Shown here piece after piece: positions 1 through 13,520 of a DNA stretch of 64,000 nt. The first letter of the stretch is position 1. Each line of letters starts with the position of its first letter. Below the pieces are notes generated by a model, which saw only the letters and a program-made list of their open reading frames with translations, did not search any database and had not been told where the DNA came from. This stretch comes from Octopus vulgaris (lineage: Eukaryota), in the NCBI GenBank assembly GCA_951406725.2, contig OX597815.1, forward strand, positions 170,190,001 to 170,254,000. The letters run 5' to 3'. The translations under genes and the position numbers were made by a program.

Positions 1-632
1 GATTTATAATGATAACCACAATGTTCTGATTAATGTTTTTGCATCTCCAAGATGATTTTGGAGGAAGCATGACGTCGAACCGTGCTTCCGATGCAACATT
101 CGTTTCATTTTGAGTATGTAGATTTGATATATGACAAAGTAACAGTTGGCCAGCGTGCATATGCTTCTGTCGTTGGGTAACCGTTTCTGAAGAAAAACAT
201 TGACGGAGATGTCCAGCGTGGAGCAGCCTATTATCTGGCTTTGCCCTATTAACAGCCTTACTGAAGTGTGTTAACTTCAAGGAATAGGTGTTGTATGAGC
301 TTACGTGTAGATACACTGCAGGTACACTTTCGTTGAATATGACATCTAGTGATGACAATGTAACAATTACGAAATCAGCAAAATTCGGCCATTACACAGC
401 CATTACTGCGCACGCGCATTATCTTTCAGAAGACATCTAAAGCATTCAATAATACGAATACATACAGCGTAATTATTACTTAAACAATGGATCGCAATAA
501 CAGCAGCCTGTGGATAAAAAGTAAGCTACTTTGATAAAACAAAAAACAAAACAAAAACAACCCAAACCAACAACAACGAATTAAAAGTGCACGATAAAAG
601 TGACTACTATGAATAATAAATACCACTCATTA

Positions 633-1114
633 AAGCGGCGAACTGGCAGAAAGGTTAACGCGCTGGGCGAAATACTTAGTGGTATTTCGTCTTCCGTTAC
701 GTTCTGCGTTCAAATTCCGCCGAGGTCGACTTTGCCTTTCATCCCTTCGAGGTCGATTAAATTAAGTATATATGCATAACAATAGTATTTTATATGCACT
801 GGGGTCGATGCAGTCGACTTAATCCCTTTGTCTGTCCTTGTTTGTCCCCTCTATGTTTAGCCCCTTGAGGGCAGTAAAGAAATAAGAAACGTTAGCACGA
901 AATGCTTAGCGGTATTTCGTCTATCTTTACGTTCTGAGTTCAAATTCCGCCGAGTTCGACTTAGCCTTTCATTCTTTAGGGATCAACAAATTAAGTACCA
1001 TTTGTGTACTTGGGTCGATCTAGTCGACTGACCCCACCCCAAACAAAAAATAAAAATAAAATAATAAATAAATAAAATTTCAGGCCTTGCGCCTAGAGTA
1101 GAAAGGAATAGTTA
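633..1114 (+). mobile_element. Dimeric tRNA-derived SINE (family A) with 11-bp target-site duplication
   Basis: Head GGCGAACTGGCAGAA..GTT, B-box GTTCAAATTCC present twice, body GTCGACTTTGCCTTTCATCC..GTCGAT..AAGTAC present twice. ACCACTCATTA flanks both ends (622-632, 1115-1125). Near-identical copy at 9582-9990. Confidence 0.85.
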
Positions 1115-1898
1115 ACCACTCATTATAGTTACTGTTCACCATAAAAATCGACATAATTCCAACTCGAACATGTGATCAGTCACAGATATTAGTAAGCCAG
1201 AGATCATCATCCGCTGCCCCAAATTCTGTAAATATGTTAATACGAATATCACGCCTAACTTTCGGCACGTAGGCAGAATGGACACGTAATTTCTGAACCG
1301 AAATATGATGACTAATTAAATCTTTCAATAAATTTAATATTGTTACTTTCGATATTTCATATCATATCTGTATTGACATCGCCTTGTATTACGCATTAAT
1401 TTTTCATACAAGCATATCCAGGAACACACACGCATTTCTAGACTATGTAGGTACGTACGTTGGTGCATATGGTTAACACACTTGTCACGAAATCAAAGAG
1501 ATGTGGATTCTAGTCTCACGCGTACGGGAAAACCTACTTCTTCTCCGTCGAGGGCTTACGTGCCTCATTATTGGGCTATTTTCTTTAGTCATTGCACTGT
1601 GATCGCTATAAGCTTTAAGCTTATAAAATACTTTTGTTATTTACACACACACATACACACAGACAGTTATATATATATGGGGAGAGAGAGAGAGAGGGAG
1701 AGGGAGGGGAGGGAGAGAGAGCGAGAAGGAAATAGATAGATCGACAGATCGATACATATGTAGTCCATTATGTGGTTACTCGGCGATTCACGTATGACAA
1801 ACAACCAATGCCAAGATTGAGTGAATCAATTCATATGAATAAATACCTTTCATACTATTGAGTACTACACACACACATACATACACACACACACGGAA

Positions 1899-1932
<34 letters not shown>

Positions 1933-2043
1933 ACATACACACAAAGAGACGCACACACAATCACACGTATATACACATGTATTTGTATATTTATATATTT
2001 GTATGTACATACAAATATATGCATTTACATATACATATGTATA

Positions 2044-2085
<42 letters not shown>

Positions 2086-2712
2086 CATACTCCTACATAT
2101 ACCTACACATATACAGACGTACGCACAAGTGCAATTATATGGTATAGTACCTTCATTACTCCCCCAGAAATATGTCATTATACAGCAATTATCTTCGTGA
2201 CTGAATAATGTTGATTCTGATTTTTTTTTATATATATTATTTGAGATTTAACATATATTACTATAATAGAATATATTACCATAATACATCGTGTAGTAAT
2301 TTAAGTAATCATTTCCAATTAGGTGGCTTTGCTGTCGCTTTTGACAGAAAGCAAGATGCCAATAAAACCGATGTTTACATTTTTTTGTTAATATCCTACG
2401 CAAAGCTTCTTTCTTCATTGAAAATCACAGCTGCTTCAAAATCTCACGCCTATAACTAGATCACAGTTATTTCGTAGATTAAATATTAAATTCCAATCTA
2501 TTAAGTAGGATGTAATTTAGGAATTATACTTTTTTTAGCATTCTAATATAAAGGTGCGGCAATATAATGGGATGCACGTGACAACATCCTACACGTTTTA
2601 TCGCTGCTAGATGTTTTGATAATTATCACGAGGAAGAAACACAAACTGTTATTATAATATAAATATTACAAATAGCAACAAAAACAACAACAACAATAAT
2701 AATCATGATGAT

Positions 2713-2908
2713 GGTTTTAGATTTTGGTACAAGACAAGCAAGTTTGGAAGAGTGCGTAAGTCGATTACATCGACCCCAGTATTTCACTGGTGCTTAATTT
2801 ATTGACCCCGAAAGCGTGGAAGGCAAATCGATCCCGGTGGCATTTGAACACAGAACGTAAAGTCGGACGAGGTACCCGGCGTGCTAACGATTCCACCAGC
2901 TCGTTGCT
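2713..2908 (-). mobile_element. SINE family A monomer
   Basis: Reverse complement matches the head, B-box and body of 633-1114; its head abuts the (TAA)n array at 2910. Confidence 0.75.
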
Positions 2909-3192
<284 letters not shown>

Positions 3193-3772
3193 CAGAAGGA
3201 ATATAAGAGACGCCACGACAATATAGCCACGTTCATCCACTGGATACTTTGCAACATGTATGGACTTGTCAAAGCAAAAAAAAGGTACGACCACAAACCT
3301 GAAGGCATCGTCGAAAATAGAAATGCAAAGATTCTATGGGATTTGTGATTCAGTGCGACCATGAGATAGAGAATGGGAAGCCAGACATAGTCTTAATTGA
3401 GAAAGAAAACTAACTATGCTGGATCATAGATATAGCATGCCCAACTGACAACAAGGTATGCGATAAGGAAGAAAGAAATGTTGAGAGATATGACAGGTTA
3501 GCTTGGGAAGTTAAGCAGTTGTGGTCGATGAAAAAGGTAGCAGCAGTACCAATAATTGTTGGAGCTCTGGGAATAGGGAGCAAAAATCTCGAGAAGTACG
3601 TGAAACAAATAGGGGCTGCAATAGGGGTGGAGCCCTTGCAGAAAACAGCACTGCTTGGAACCGCCCGAAAACTCGGGAAGGTGCTCGAAAAATAAGAGGC
3701 GTTACCTTAGTTCACTGGTAGTGAACAGCTGATATTGTAGTACATTTCCAGCGTCAGAAGCTGTGTAAAGGC
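3193..3772 (+). mobile_element. 3' fragment of an R4/Dong-like non-LTR retrotransposon (restriction-like endonuclease domain + 3' UTR)
   Basis: Translates as QKEYKRRHDNIATFIHW..NAKILWD, then KPDIVLIEKE..IDIACP..LWSMKKVAAVPIIVGALG, homologous to the C-terminus of ORF 48291-50462; frameshifted; flanked by TAA/TGA repeats. Confidence 0.85.
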
Positions 3773-4055
3773 AATGATGATGATGATGATGATAATAATA
3801 ATAACGATGATGATAATAATAGTATCGGACATGATAGGATCCCCAACATAAGTAACAAAGGCATAAATAAAAGATCCCACCCGAAAAGTTTAACGATTTA
3901 CTGGCAGGCCTAGAGAGAACACGTGACTGGTTCCCCGAAGGAAAACCATCTGAATTCTTAAATCTAGGAAAATCATAAGTTCTTATAACTATGGAACCAT
4001 AATATGTCTCAAAACGACTTACAAAGATGTGCCTTCAATATTATCATAAAGTGTT

Positions 4056-4195
4056 AGGCGGTGAGCTGGTAGATTCGTTATTACCCCGAGCGAAATGCTT
4101 AGTGGTGTTACATCCGTCTTTACGTTCTGAATTCAAATTCTGCCGAGGTCGACTTTGCCTTTCGTCTTTTTGGGGTCGATAAGATAATTACTAGT
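4056..4195 (+). mobile_element. SINE family A, 3'-truncated
   Basis: GGCGGTGAGCTGGTAGATTCGTT...TTCAAATTCTGCCGAGGTCGACTTTGCCTTT. Confidence 0.75.
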
Positions 4196-4564
4196 TTAGG
4201 GCCGTGCTTCTTAACCCGGAATTCCTGGCCGTGTTCCAAAGCTTGAAATCGGTATTGTCGCAAAGAGTAAACAAACGTCCGGAAGAAAAAAGAACCTGTC
4301 TCCAGACGAGCAGAGAGGATGCTTACAAGGCCCATATAGCCATAAAGATCGCTAAAGCAATAGCCACAGACTGATTAAGGAAAGAGAAAGGTTTGAATTC
4401 GAATTGACATTCAAAAGACTTTTACGGATATTTTCCTCCTGCCCACGAATCTTGGAGATACAGTCTTGATTAATATAGCTTCAAAAATAAGAAAACATAT
4501 GAAACATGGCAAGCAGTCTCGCCAATACAGACAAAAGTGGAAACTCTAAAAGCTAATTTTTATG

Positions 4565-5148
4565 TTATACCCGTTTGTTGACAAATGGTGTAAAGATCAA
4601 CTCGTAGCGCCATCAACCCAGACTGTGAGATGCTAGCATTTTGGAGTAGTTATCTCCTCTTCGGTCACAGACACCAAGCAGGCGGCGCTGAGCTGACTGA
4701 AGAGATTGACTCTCTCATGCATTTCCAGTCATCATACAGTGACCGGTAGCGCTATAAGGTGGCTCACCGTATGTAAATTGGAGAAGGGGGGCGCTAAGCA
4801 GCGGTAGTAAAATTGTAATGTTATTATCAGTGCCAATATGCTTAAAGCACGTTCGAATTGTGGAACATGCTACTCACTGCGTTTTATCACGGAAAATATA
4901 TCCCGCTTGGTATCTGTGACCGAAGAGGAGATAACTACTCTGAAATGCTAGCATCTCACAATCTGGGTAGGTGACGCTGCAAGCTGATCTTGATATACAC
5001 ACGCCATTTGTCAACAAGCGAGATATATTCTCCATGACAAAACGCAGTGAGTAGCTTGTTCTCCAGTTCGAACCTGCCTCAAGTATATTCGGACTGATAA
5101 CATTATAATTTTACTTATCACAGCTTAGCGCTCCCCACTCTGTAATCT
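4565..5148. mobile_element. MITE-like palindromic element (about 4774-5148) plus an inverted partial second copy (about 4565-4680)
   Basis: 4785-4910 is the imperfect reverse complement of 5014-5140; 4570-4680 is the reverse complement of 4905-5020. Confidence 0.65.
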
Positions 5149-5149
5149 A

Positions 5150-5725
5150 AAAGCTAAATCTCCATTAGTTAGAAAAGGAATATTTGTGGGGAAAACTCAC
5201 TCCCAAATCCTTTTTTTTCCCCTGATGTTGACAACTTTGACCAACATGCTAAGTAAAACTGGATATGGATACAAATATTAACGGTAGGAGAATTAACCAC
5301 CAATGTATATGGATGGTCTGGAGTTGCATGTTGGAAATGATAAACAGCCGGAAACATTACAGCAGACAGTACGCAGACTTTCCATAGTAATAAACAAGAG
5401 ATTCAGCTTAGTAAAATGCGCCAAAACGATTTCCAAGAGAGAAGAATTAAGGACAGTATCATGTTAGATAAAGAATCTGAGATAAGAGAATGAGATCAGA
5501 TATAGACATCCAAATACTTAAGAATCGATGAATTAGCATACAGCACGCATAAATGAAAGACATGATTAATTAGAAATTTCGTAGACGCGTCAGACTATTA
5601 CTTAAAGCAAATCTAAATGCAAATAAAATAAGGTAATACGCATTAATATTATAACTGTTCTAGTAATAAATCATAGTCTCATTTTTGCAAACGGCCAGTA
5701 AGGAACCTAGCTGGTCTGTACAAGC

Positions 5726-5778
<53 letters not shown>

Positions 5779-6137
5779 AATGGTTGAGAAGCTCAGGACT
5801 CAAAGCAGAAACAGAGGGATTTTTCAATTGCAGCACAAGACCAAAGCCTCCCCACCAGAAATTACCAAAAACATGTAATGAAAAGAAATATTACAAGTAA
5901 CTGCAGAATATGTGGAGATGGACAAGAAACAATAAATCATATTATCTCTAGCTGCCCAGTCCTGGCTAAGAAGGAATATATTCACAGACATGACAGAGTT
6001 GGAACCTACATACATTGGAAGCTATGCCAACATTATGGAATAACAACAGAAAAAAGATGGTATAGGCACACACCAGAAAAGGTCACAGAAAACGAGAAAG
6101 CAACCATACTCTGGGATATGCCGATACACACAGATAG

Positions 6138-6175
<38 letters not shown>

Positions 6176-6390
6176 ATGATGATGATGATGACTGCATTTA
6201 AAATACACCACCCAAAATCTGATTTTATATACCAAAAACAAAAGGCAGACTAAAGCCTTCCTACCAGAAACCACAAAAACATATAATATAATAGAATATA
6301 GGAAGTAATTATATAATATTCAGAAACAGAGAAGTTACAATTAATCACACGCAAATATAGAGGCACGTAAGCTTACCATGTATACATAGA
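5150..6390 (+). mobile_element. Old, highly degenerate R4/Dong-like element (RT region onward), interrupted at 5725-6195
   Basis: Scattered in-order motifs GYGY..MYMDGLEL, KCAK, HHPKSD, SLPTRN match the intact copy's HLVYMDDLKL, KCAK, MHHPKAD, LPTRN. Confidence 0.5.
5778..6136 (+). mobile_element. Internal fragment of a younger R4/Dong-like element (CCHC zinc finger + RHD region)
   Basis: QWLRSSGLKAETEGF..CRICGDGQETINHIISSC..HRHDRVG..ILWDMPIHTD; (TAA)n on the left, (TGA)n on the right. Confidence 0.85.
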
Positions 6391-6399
6391 AAAGCTCAA

Positions 6400-7500
6400 A
6401 AATTCGAGTTGCTGAAAGATCTACGAGTAGAAAGATGCTTGTAATCTGCGTGACAACAAAAATCTATTTGGCACAGTAGATGTTATATTCCCCACAGTCG
6501 AAACGAAGAGGCATTACATCGACCTCTGCAAGAATGAGGATTTCATGCTTGTACCAACCTATAAAGGCAGGCTTGTGGCGAACGAAGAGAGTGGTAGACG
6601 TGCCACCAGAAGTATGCGTCTGGTGACTAAAAGCGGAAATGTTACGATCGATAGATGAAACAAATATTTTTGAATTAAAAATGAAAAAACAAAATTGGTT
6701 CGGGAAAAGATTAGTGCTCTTTGATTAGGCTAACAGGACATATTAAAAACCATACCTGACATAATATCAGGCGAAGCTTCCTCGCAGCGAAAACGCCTAA
6801 GTACCTCGTGTGTGGTGCAATCAAGCATTTAAAGATGTTTTTTTTTTCTTGAATAGAAAACGAAAGTGGAAGGCCCTATACTTTTGCCGACACCTGAAAA
6901 ACAATAGTGTCACCACGACTACGACTACGACCAGCAGTAGCATCAACGCCAGCACCTGCAGCAGTAGCAGTAGCAGCCGTTCAAGAATTTGGACCTGGAG
7001 ATCTCCATTTCCAGCGACTTCGAGGGCCACCTGCCAGTGGTGTCGGGCGTCAACGAAGAGCCCTCCACTACAACAAGACGACCAAAGTTTTTTTTTCCAA
7101 GGTCTGGGGTCTCCCGCCCCTAAGCCCTAGACCATCACCTAATCACCCTTACCCGTCTTGTTGCTTAACAAAAACAACAGCAGCAGCAGCAGTAACACCA
7201 CCACTACCACCACCAAAACCACCACCAAACCACAACCACCATCACCCCATGACAACAACCACCATCACCCCCATCACGACAACCACCATCACCCCCATCA
7301 CAACAACCATCACCACCACAACCACCATCACCACCACAACCACCACCACCACCACTAGCAGAAACTAGAACTCCAACAATGGACACCATCAATAGGTCTC
7401 CCTAAAACAAAATCAGATCCCCATATACGAAGTGAAAACCCTTCAACAATGCCGCCATCTCTGGCACTCACAAGAATACATTGGAGCCTAACGATTTGGA
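6400..7500 (+). other. Degenerate, GC-richer segment with CAG/CAC/CAA simple repeats; possibly a LINE ORF1-like remnant
   Basis: Composition shift, a CxxC (TCQWCR) motif and poly-Thr/His tracts; no diagnostic domain recognised. Confidence 0.25.
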
Positions 7501-7956
7501 ATTTTGTTTTCATTTTGTCTTTTGGTCTTTTAAAGTTTTCCCTTTTTTTTCTTTGTACTTATCCAGAAAAAAATATTTTTGTTTTCTTTCTAATTTTGCC
7601 ATAAGGCCAGCAATCTTTCCCATTATCCTACAAAACTCTACAGAAAGTAAGTGAGTTGGAGCGAAAGTCTACAATGGCTTAAAAGCTCCTAAGTCAAAAC
7701 AAAAACAGGATGTGACAATAGCTACACCAAATGGGTTTCTAGCCACGGGAAAGAGAAAATATATAAAGGAAGAGATTAACAGCACGTGCAGATTAAGCAG
7801 TCAGTACGAGGAAACAATTTACGGCATTATGCGAAGATCGAATATATACAGAAACTGGGTTTAGTCTTGTAGCCAGGTCAACTGAACTATATGCGAAATA
7901 TCGATCTTTCGACATGGCAACGGAGAAGCATAAACATGAACATGTTATATACATAA

Positions 7957-8351
7957 CTAGCAGTATCAACCGGCGTTGCTCGGGTTTGTAAGGGAAATAA
8001 CTATATAAGCATTTTTAGAGATGTAAAGTATAATAGCCTTCTCAATATGGCTAACCACGAAGGGGGGTGTTACTGTAGCTTTTTACGTTCTGAGATTTAA
8101 TAATACATTTTTAGAGAGTTACTTCTCTTATATAAACCGAGCGAAAATGCATTAAAAATACGGAAAAATTATGGTAAATTTTTTAAAAATCGTAGACTCA
8201 TCGTAGACGCGCGCTAATACCCAGAAGGGCTCGATATGAATCACGACTATAAGATACCCGCTTTTGGTTACACTGCACCGCAAAATGTGGGAGTAGTTAG
8301 GAATCTAAATCGTAGGAGACAGACACACAACTTGACTTTTATATATAAAGA
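7957..8351 (-). mobile_element. Non-autonomous Helitron
   Basis: Minus strand begins A|TCTTTATATATAAAAG and ends with hairpin CCCGAGCAACGCCGG followed by CTAG|T: canonical TC...CTRR termini, A/T insertion site, no TSD. Confidence 0.75.
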
Positions 8352-9325
8352 TATGTTACAAACACTTGTTTGAAGTTTAGAACATTCTTGTTCGGAATGA
8401 CAAAGAATTTAATGTAAAGAGTCCCAATATAAGGACTAGAAGGATAATTTTTGAACTCTGGTTGATACCTTGGTTCACTTTGATTATAATAAAAACGAAA
8501 TTCGACTGGATAGAAGTTGCGAAATTGTTTAAGTACAGAGATCTTGAAATAGCAAGAAGTTGTATGTGAGTAAGGAAATATATATAGAACCACAAAACAA
8601 TTGGTAACAAGTAGGATTAAACGAAGAACATGATTAAGCTAAAAAAAAAAAAAAGATACAATCAACAGCAGAGAGACGCCATTCTGAGTTCATGCAGTCT
8701 ACACAACTCACGTAACATACTGAACACAAATATTATCTAAATATATAACATAACCCGCACAAAATATATACTCCGTACAATCATCATCCAATTACGTAAT
8801 ACAACACATTACTCTTACATAATCGAAAATCGATATTCTATTACATATTAAATACCACAGAAACTCACATAATTCACATTCGATACAAATGACAACCGAT
8901 ATGACACATATAACACAGCGCACACTCAATAAGTTATATATCACTGCATGGCAGTAAAAAGAACACAGGTAATTTTACACTCATGAAACACTATACTTCG
9001 AAAACCACAGAAAAGAGCAAAACTGCTAAGATTACTCACATTCCCGAAACATTGTTCTACATAATGAAAACACATTGGTGTATCCTCTTTACAAACACCG
9101 GAGTGGATACAACGGGGTAGCATCAAATCAGACAAAACTATTGAATTCATAACTCTTTCTACTATAGATATAAGATATGAAATTTTGTGGGAGGGTGCTA
9201 GTGCCTCACTGGTACCTATTTTCTCGACACCTCCCCGCAAAGTAATAAGTTAACGTCAACCCCAGTAGAACTTGCGCACAAAGCGTAAAGCCGGAAGAGC
9301 GGTCGTTAATCATTTAATAATAATA

Positions 9326-9510
9326 ATCGTTTCTACTATTGGCACAAGGCCAAAAATCTTGTGGAGAGGACTAGTCGCTTACATCGACCCCAGTGTTTCA
9401 CTGGTACTTGGTTAATCGACTCCGAGGGGTGATGAAAAGCAAAGTCAACCTCTGCGAAATACTGCTAAGCATCTCGTCCAGTGTGCTAAAGATTCTGCCA
9501 GCTCGCCGTC
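9326..9510 (-). mobile_element. SINE family A monomer
   Basis: Reverse complement match to family A head and body; (ATT)n tail. Confidence 0.75.
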
Positions 9511-9581
9511 TTTTTCATAATAATAATAATAATAATAATAATAATCATAATAATAATTATAATAATGATAATAATAATAGT

Positions 9582-9990
9582 AAGGCGGCGAGCTAGCAGA
9601 AACGTTAGCACGCTGGGCGAAATGCGTAGCCGTATTTCGTCTGCCGTTACGTTCTTAGTTCAAATTCCGCCGAGGTCGACTTTGCTTTTCATCCTTTCGG
9701 GGTCGATTAAATAAGTACCAGTTACGCACTGGAGTCGATGTAATCGACTTAATCCGTTTGTCTGTCCTTGTTTGTCCCCTGTGTTTAGCCCCTTGTGGGT
9801 AGTAAAGAAATAAGTATTTTGTCTGTCTTTACGTTCTGAGTTCAAATTCCGCCGAGGTCGACTTTGCCTCTAATCCTTTCGGGGTCGATAAATTAAGTAC
9901 CAATTGCATACTGGGGTCGATCTAATCGACTGCGCCCCCCACTCACCAAAAAAATAAATCGGGCCTTGTGCCTAGTGAAGAAAAGAATAA
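9582..9990 (+). mobile_element. Dimeric SINE family A, young copy
   Basis: GGCGGCGAGCTAGCAGAAACGTTAGC, two GTTCAAATTCCGCCGAGGTCGAC units, tail AAAGAATAATAAT, preceded by (TAA)n. Confidence 0.88.
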
Positions 9991-11349
9991 TAATTTACAC
10001 TCAAGAAACAATATACTTCGAAAACCACAGAAAATAGTTTCTGATGAGGGACAAGACCAGCAATTCCGAAGGCAAATGTAAATCGATACCATCGACCATT
10101 GTACTTGAGTGATACAGTGTTTCATCTGCCACTGTGGGATAAAAGGCAAAGTATTCGAACTCAGTACTCAAAGAGCTGGAACAAATACCAACAAAATATT
10201 TTATTCTGAAACTAAACGATTCTGCAGCTCGCTTCCTTAAACAATTCTTTCTAATTTAGATACGAGGCTAGCAAATTTGATTGGCAGGATGTAGTTTACA
10301 CGTTCGATCTCAGTCTTCTCTGTTGCTTTATTTTATCGATTGTAGTGAGTTAAAAATCAAAGAACGTATAGATCTAGAAATATTGTTGTACAGTATCTTT
10401 TCCTGACGCCTCTTTTTTTTCTTCATTTTAATCATAATTTGTAATCATCTTATAAAGACACGACAGCTTTCTGATTTCTCTGCTGCTGTTGTTCTTGTTG
10501 CTGTTGTTATTATTATTTACGTTGCTGTCTATAATGATCATTTTAGTGAACATCAAAATTATGATCATAAATACGAGGAACATGCTTCTTTGCAAGAATC
10601 TCCTCCTCTATCACGTCATCGTTCTTGTCAGCTTCAATATCACTGTTATTCTCGTTGTTGCCATTGTCGTCATCATTGCAATCATCATCATCATCATCAT
10701 CATCATCATTATCTTCATTGTTGTTATTTCTTTCTTTTTTTTCATATAACAATATTGGTATTTTCTATTAATATTGTTTCCATTTTTTTCCTCTTTTCAA
10801 ATTCTAATTCTTTGCGGTTTTCTGTCTTAGACATCATTCATCTTTTGATTATATTGCAATCTTCAGCATGATAATCATTAATTATTTTTATTTTTAAAGT
10901 AAGCGATTTTGGCATAATCGTTAGAATGTCAGACAACACATTGCGGTATTTCTTCCGGTTTATTAAATCTGGATCTCATATCATACTGAGACTGATGCTG
11001 CCTTTCGTCCTTACAAGACCGATAATATGATGAAGAGTTCAGAATGGTGAATGGGTACGATTATTAAAGAATTGGACATGATTCATAATGGTTTTGTTTC
11101 CGGTTCTTTACATTCTGAGTGCTTTAACTAGTATGGTCAAATTGCGTCTAATACTCCGACAGAAGTGTGTTATGAATAACATACACAAACGATCGCATTA
11201 CGAAACAGAGATTTATAGCCTACCGAGAAAAAGTCATAAATTCTTAATTCTCGTTACGTAACCAGGGTTTGGCAACCGTTGAACAAAAGTTTTTGCAAAT
11301 AGCAAAACCATGACAATACGAAAGGCTCTGACGAATACCAGTATTACAT

Positions 11350-11548
11350 AGTTTTCACATTTTGGCAGCCAGCAAGTTCGGGGCAGGAGATAAGCCAGTT
11401 GCATCGGACCCAGTACTTAATGAGTATTTATTTCATCGCCCCCCGTGCGGATGAAAGGTACAGTCGATATCGACAGAATTTAAATTCAGAACGTTAAGAT
11501 GGACGAAAGCATTTTCCCGGCGTGCTAAGGATTCTGTCGGCTCGCTGT
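11350..11548 (-). mobile_element. SINE family A monomer, diverged
   Basis: Reverse complement match to family A. Confidence 0.65.
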
Positions 11549-11574
11549 AGCTAGAATCACATATTAATCGCCAC

Positions 11575-11633
<59 letters not shown>

Positions 11634-11718
11634 TTTTATTATTCTATTCTTTTCCTTGTTTCAGTCATTCGACTGTGGCCATGATGGAACGCCGCCTTGA
11701 TGGGTTTTGTACGCAAAC

Positions 11719-12905
11719 TTAGTCAAGGGAAGGATCTTTGACACTTGGTTTTAAAAGATGTTGTCGAAGGGATATGAGGCGACATTCAAAGTCATTTTGG
11801 ATCGATGTTAAGCCTCTGCCGCTTTGTTTTCGTTTTAGGTAGAGGCAGTCTACATCACTGTTTATGTGGAAATTATGTGTGTTTGTTAGTGTTTTTCGGG
11901 TTTTCACATCAATGGGTCAAATCTCATCAAGCGTCCAATGAAGCCGCCCAAATGTTGGTATGAGTACTGGCACTGCAAACACATTATGGGCCACTATTTT
12001 ATTGAATGCATAGAGTTCTGAGGTCCAAATTTCCTTAATTTGGCTGTAATATTTTTTAGTGACATGTGTTTTGTTACAAGTGTCATTGTAAGATATATCT
12101 TCATCCACCCCTAGCCACCTGTAACATTCCTCGTTAGATACAGAGAAAGCAGTTAAATCATTGATGGAGATGTTACTAGTCTGCTTTATAGTTTCCTCCT
12201 TTTCATAACCATATAACAATATTTATCCTGACCAAACATCAACCCTACATCCCTTAAGAATGTCTTAACTAGGTCAAGGCTATTTTTCATCTCAATCATA
12301 TTCTTTGCATAAAGTTTTAAGTCATTCTCAAAGAAACAGTGTGTAATTGTGGTATTTCTGTTTCCTTGAAAACCAGTGAGATATCCTTCAGACTTCCTTA
12401 ACATGAATGACAAGGGATTTGCAGAAAGTATAAATAATATCAAAAAAATTTGTCTCCTTGGAATGTGCCTTTGCGATATTGTATTCTATCAGTGATAATA
12501 CAGTCACTCGTTGTGTTTAATTTCAAGATAGTGGCCCACGATGAAATAGTGAAATAGGTCAGCTATGGATTTAACTATTCTCGCTCGAATTTTTGCAAGT
12601 TGAAGGGCTTCTGGCATCAATAAGTGGGGAACAGAGTCAAATGTTTTCTTATAGTCTAGCCACATTGAAATTAGGTTCCTCCTATGCTCTCGCACAGTTT
12701 TGTTGATTAACGATTGCTTGGGACGTCCCCAGACTCCTTTAGTGTTATTGGTTTCACAATGGTCCTGGAGGAAAGGGTTAAAACGTGCTGTATGTATCTA
12801 ATACATTAAGTTCTGTCATGCAATTGGATGGTTCTGCATTTTGAGATCAATTTTGTCTCTGACGTAGCTAACCAGTCTGGTATGCTACTGTTCCCAATGA
12901 AATCT
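11719..12905 (-). pseudogene. Degenerate RT region of an R4/Dong-like element
   Basis: Fragmented ORFs WLDYKKTFDSVPH, HCFFENDLKLYAK..FGQDK, YRWLGV, FAVPVL, DVDCLYLKRKQSGRGL align in order to WIDYKKAFDSLPH, YMDDLKLFAK..FGLDK, YKYLGV, LAIPVV, DTERLYLPRKEGGRGL of 48291-50462. Confidence 0.85.
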
Positions 12906-13326
12906 TGCTAGTACAGATTGATAAGATATGTATGTATGTAAGTATGCATGGTTCTCCGTCGTTCGACGAAGACAAAATTCAGTTGTTAGATCATCTGAGT
13001 TACCTGCACTTGAATTAAATTGTAATTATTTAATTATTGAATAAATTCCGCAGGCTAGTGTATCCTTACCATAATTCTCAGGTAGGATCAGCTTGACACA
13101 TGCGAGTAGATAATCAAACATGAAGTGGAAGGAAATAAAATTAGAAAGCGAAAGATAAACCATGGAAAACATCTTTAATTGACTTGTAAGAAGACGTTTT
13201 AGGGAAATAAACCAATTTCCAATTCCAGTCGCCAATTCCTAATCATAGAAATCATTGCTATACATGTTATTGTTGATAATTTACGTTTTCATGCTAATTA
13301 ATTCCATGTAATGAGAAAATTCTCAC

Positions 13327-13328
<2 letters not shown>

Positions 13329-13389
<61 letters not shown>

Positions 13390-13448
13390 CATATATATAC
13401 ATATATATATATACATATATATATATACATATATATACATATATATAC

Positions 13449-13518
<70 letters not shown>
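13329..13518. repeat. (TA)n microsatellite with C interruptions
   Basis: Seen directly. Confidence 0.95.
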
Positions 13519-13520
<2 letters not shown>

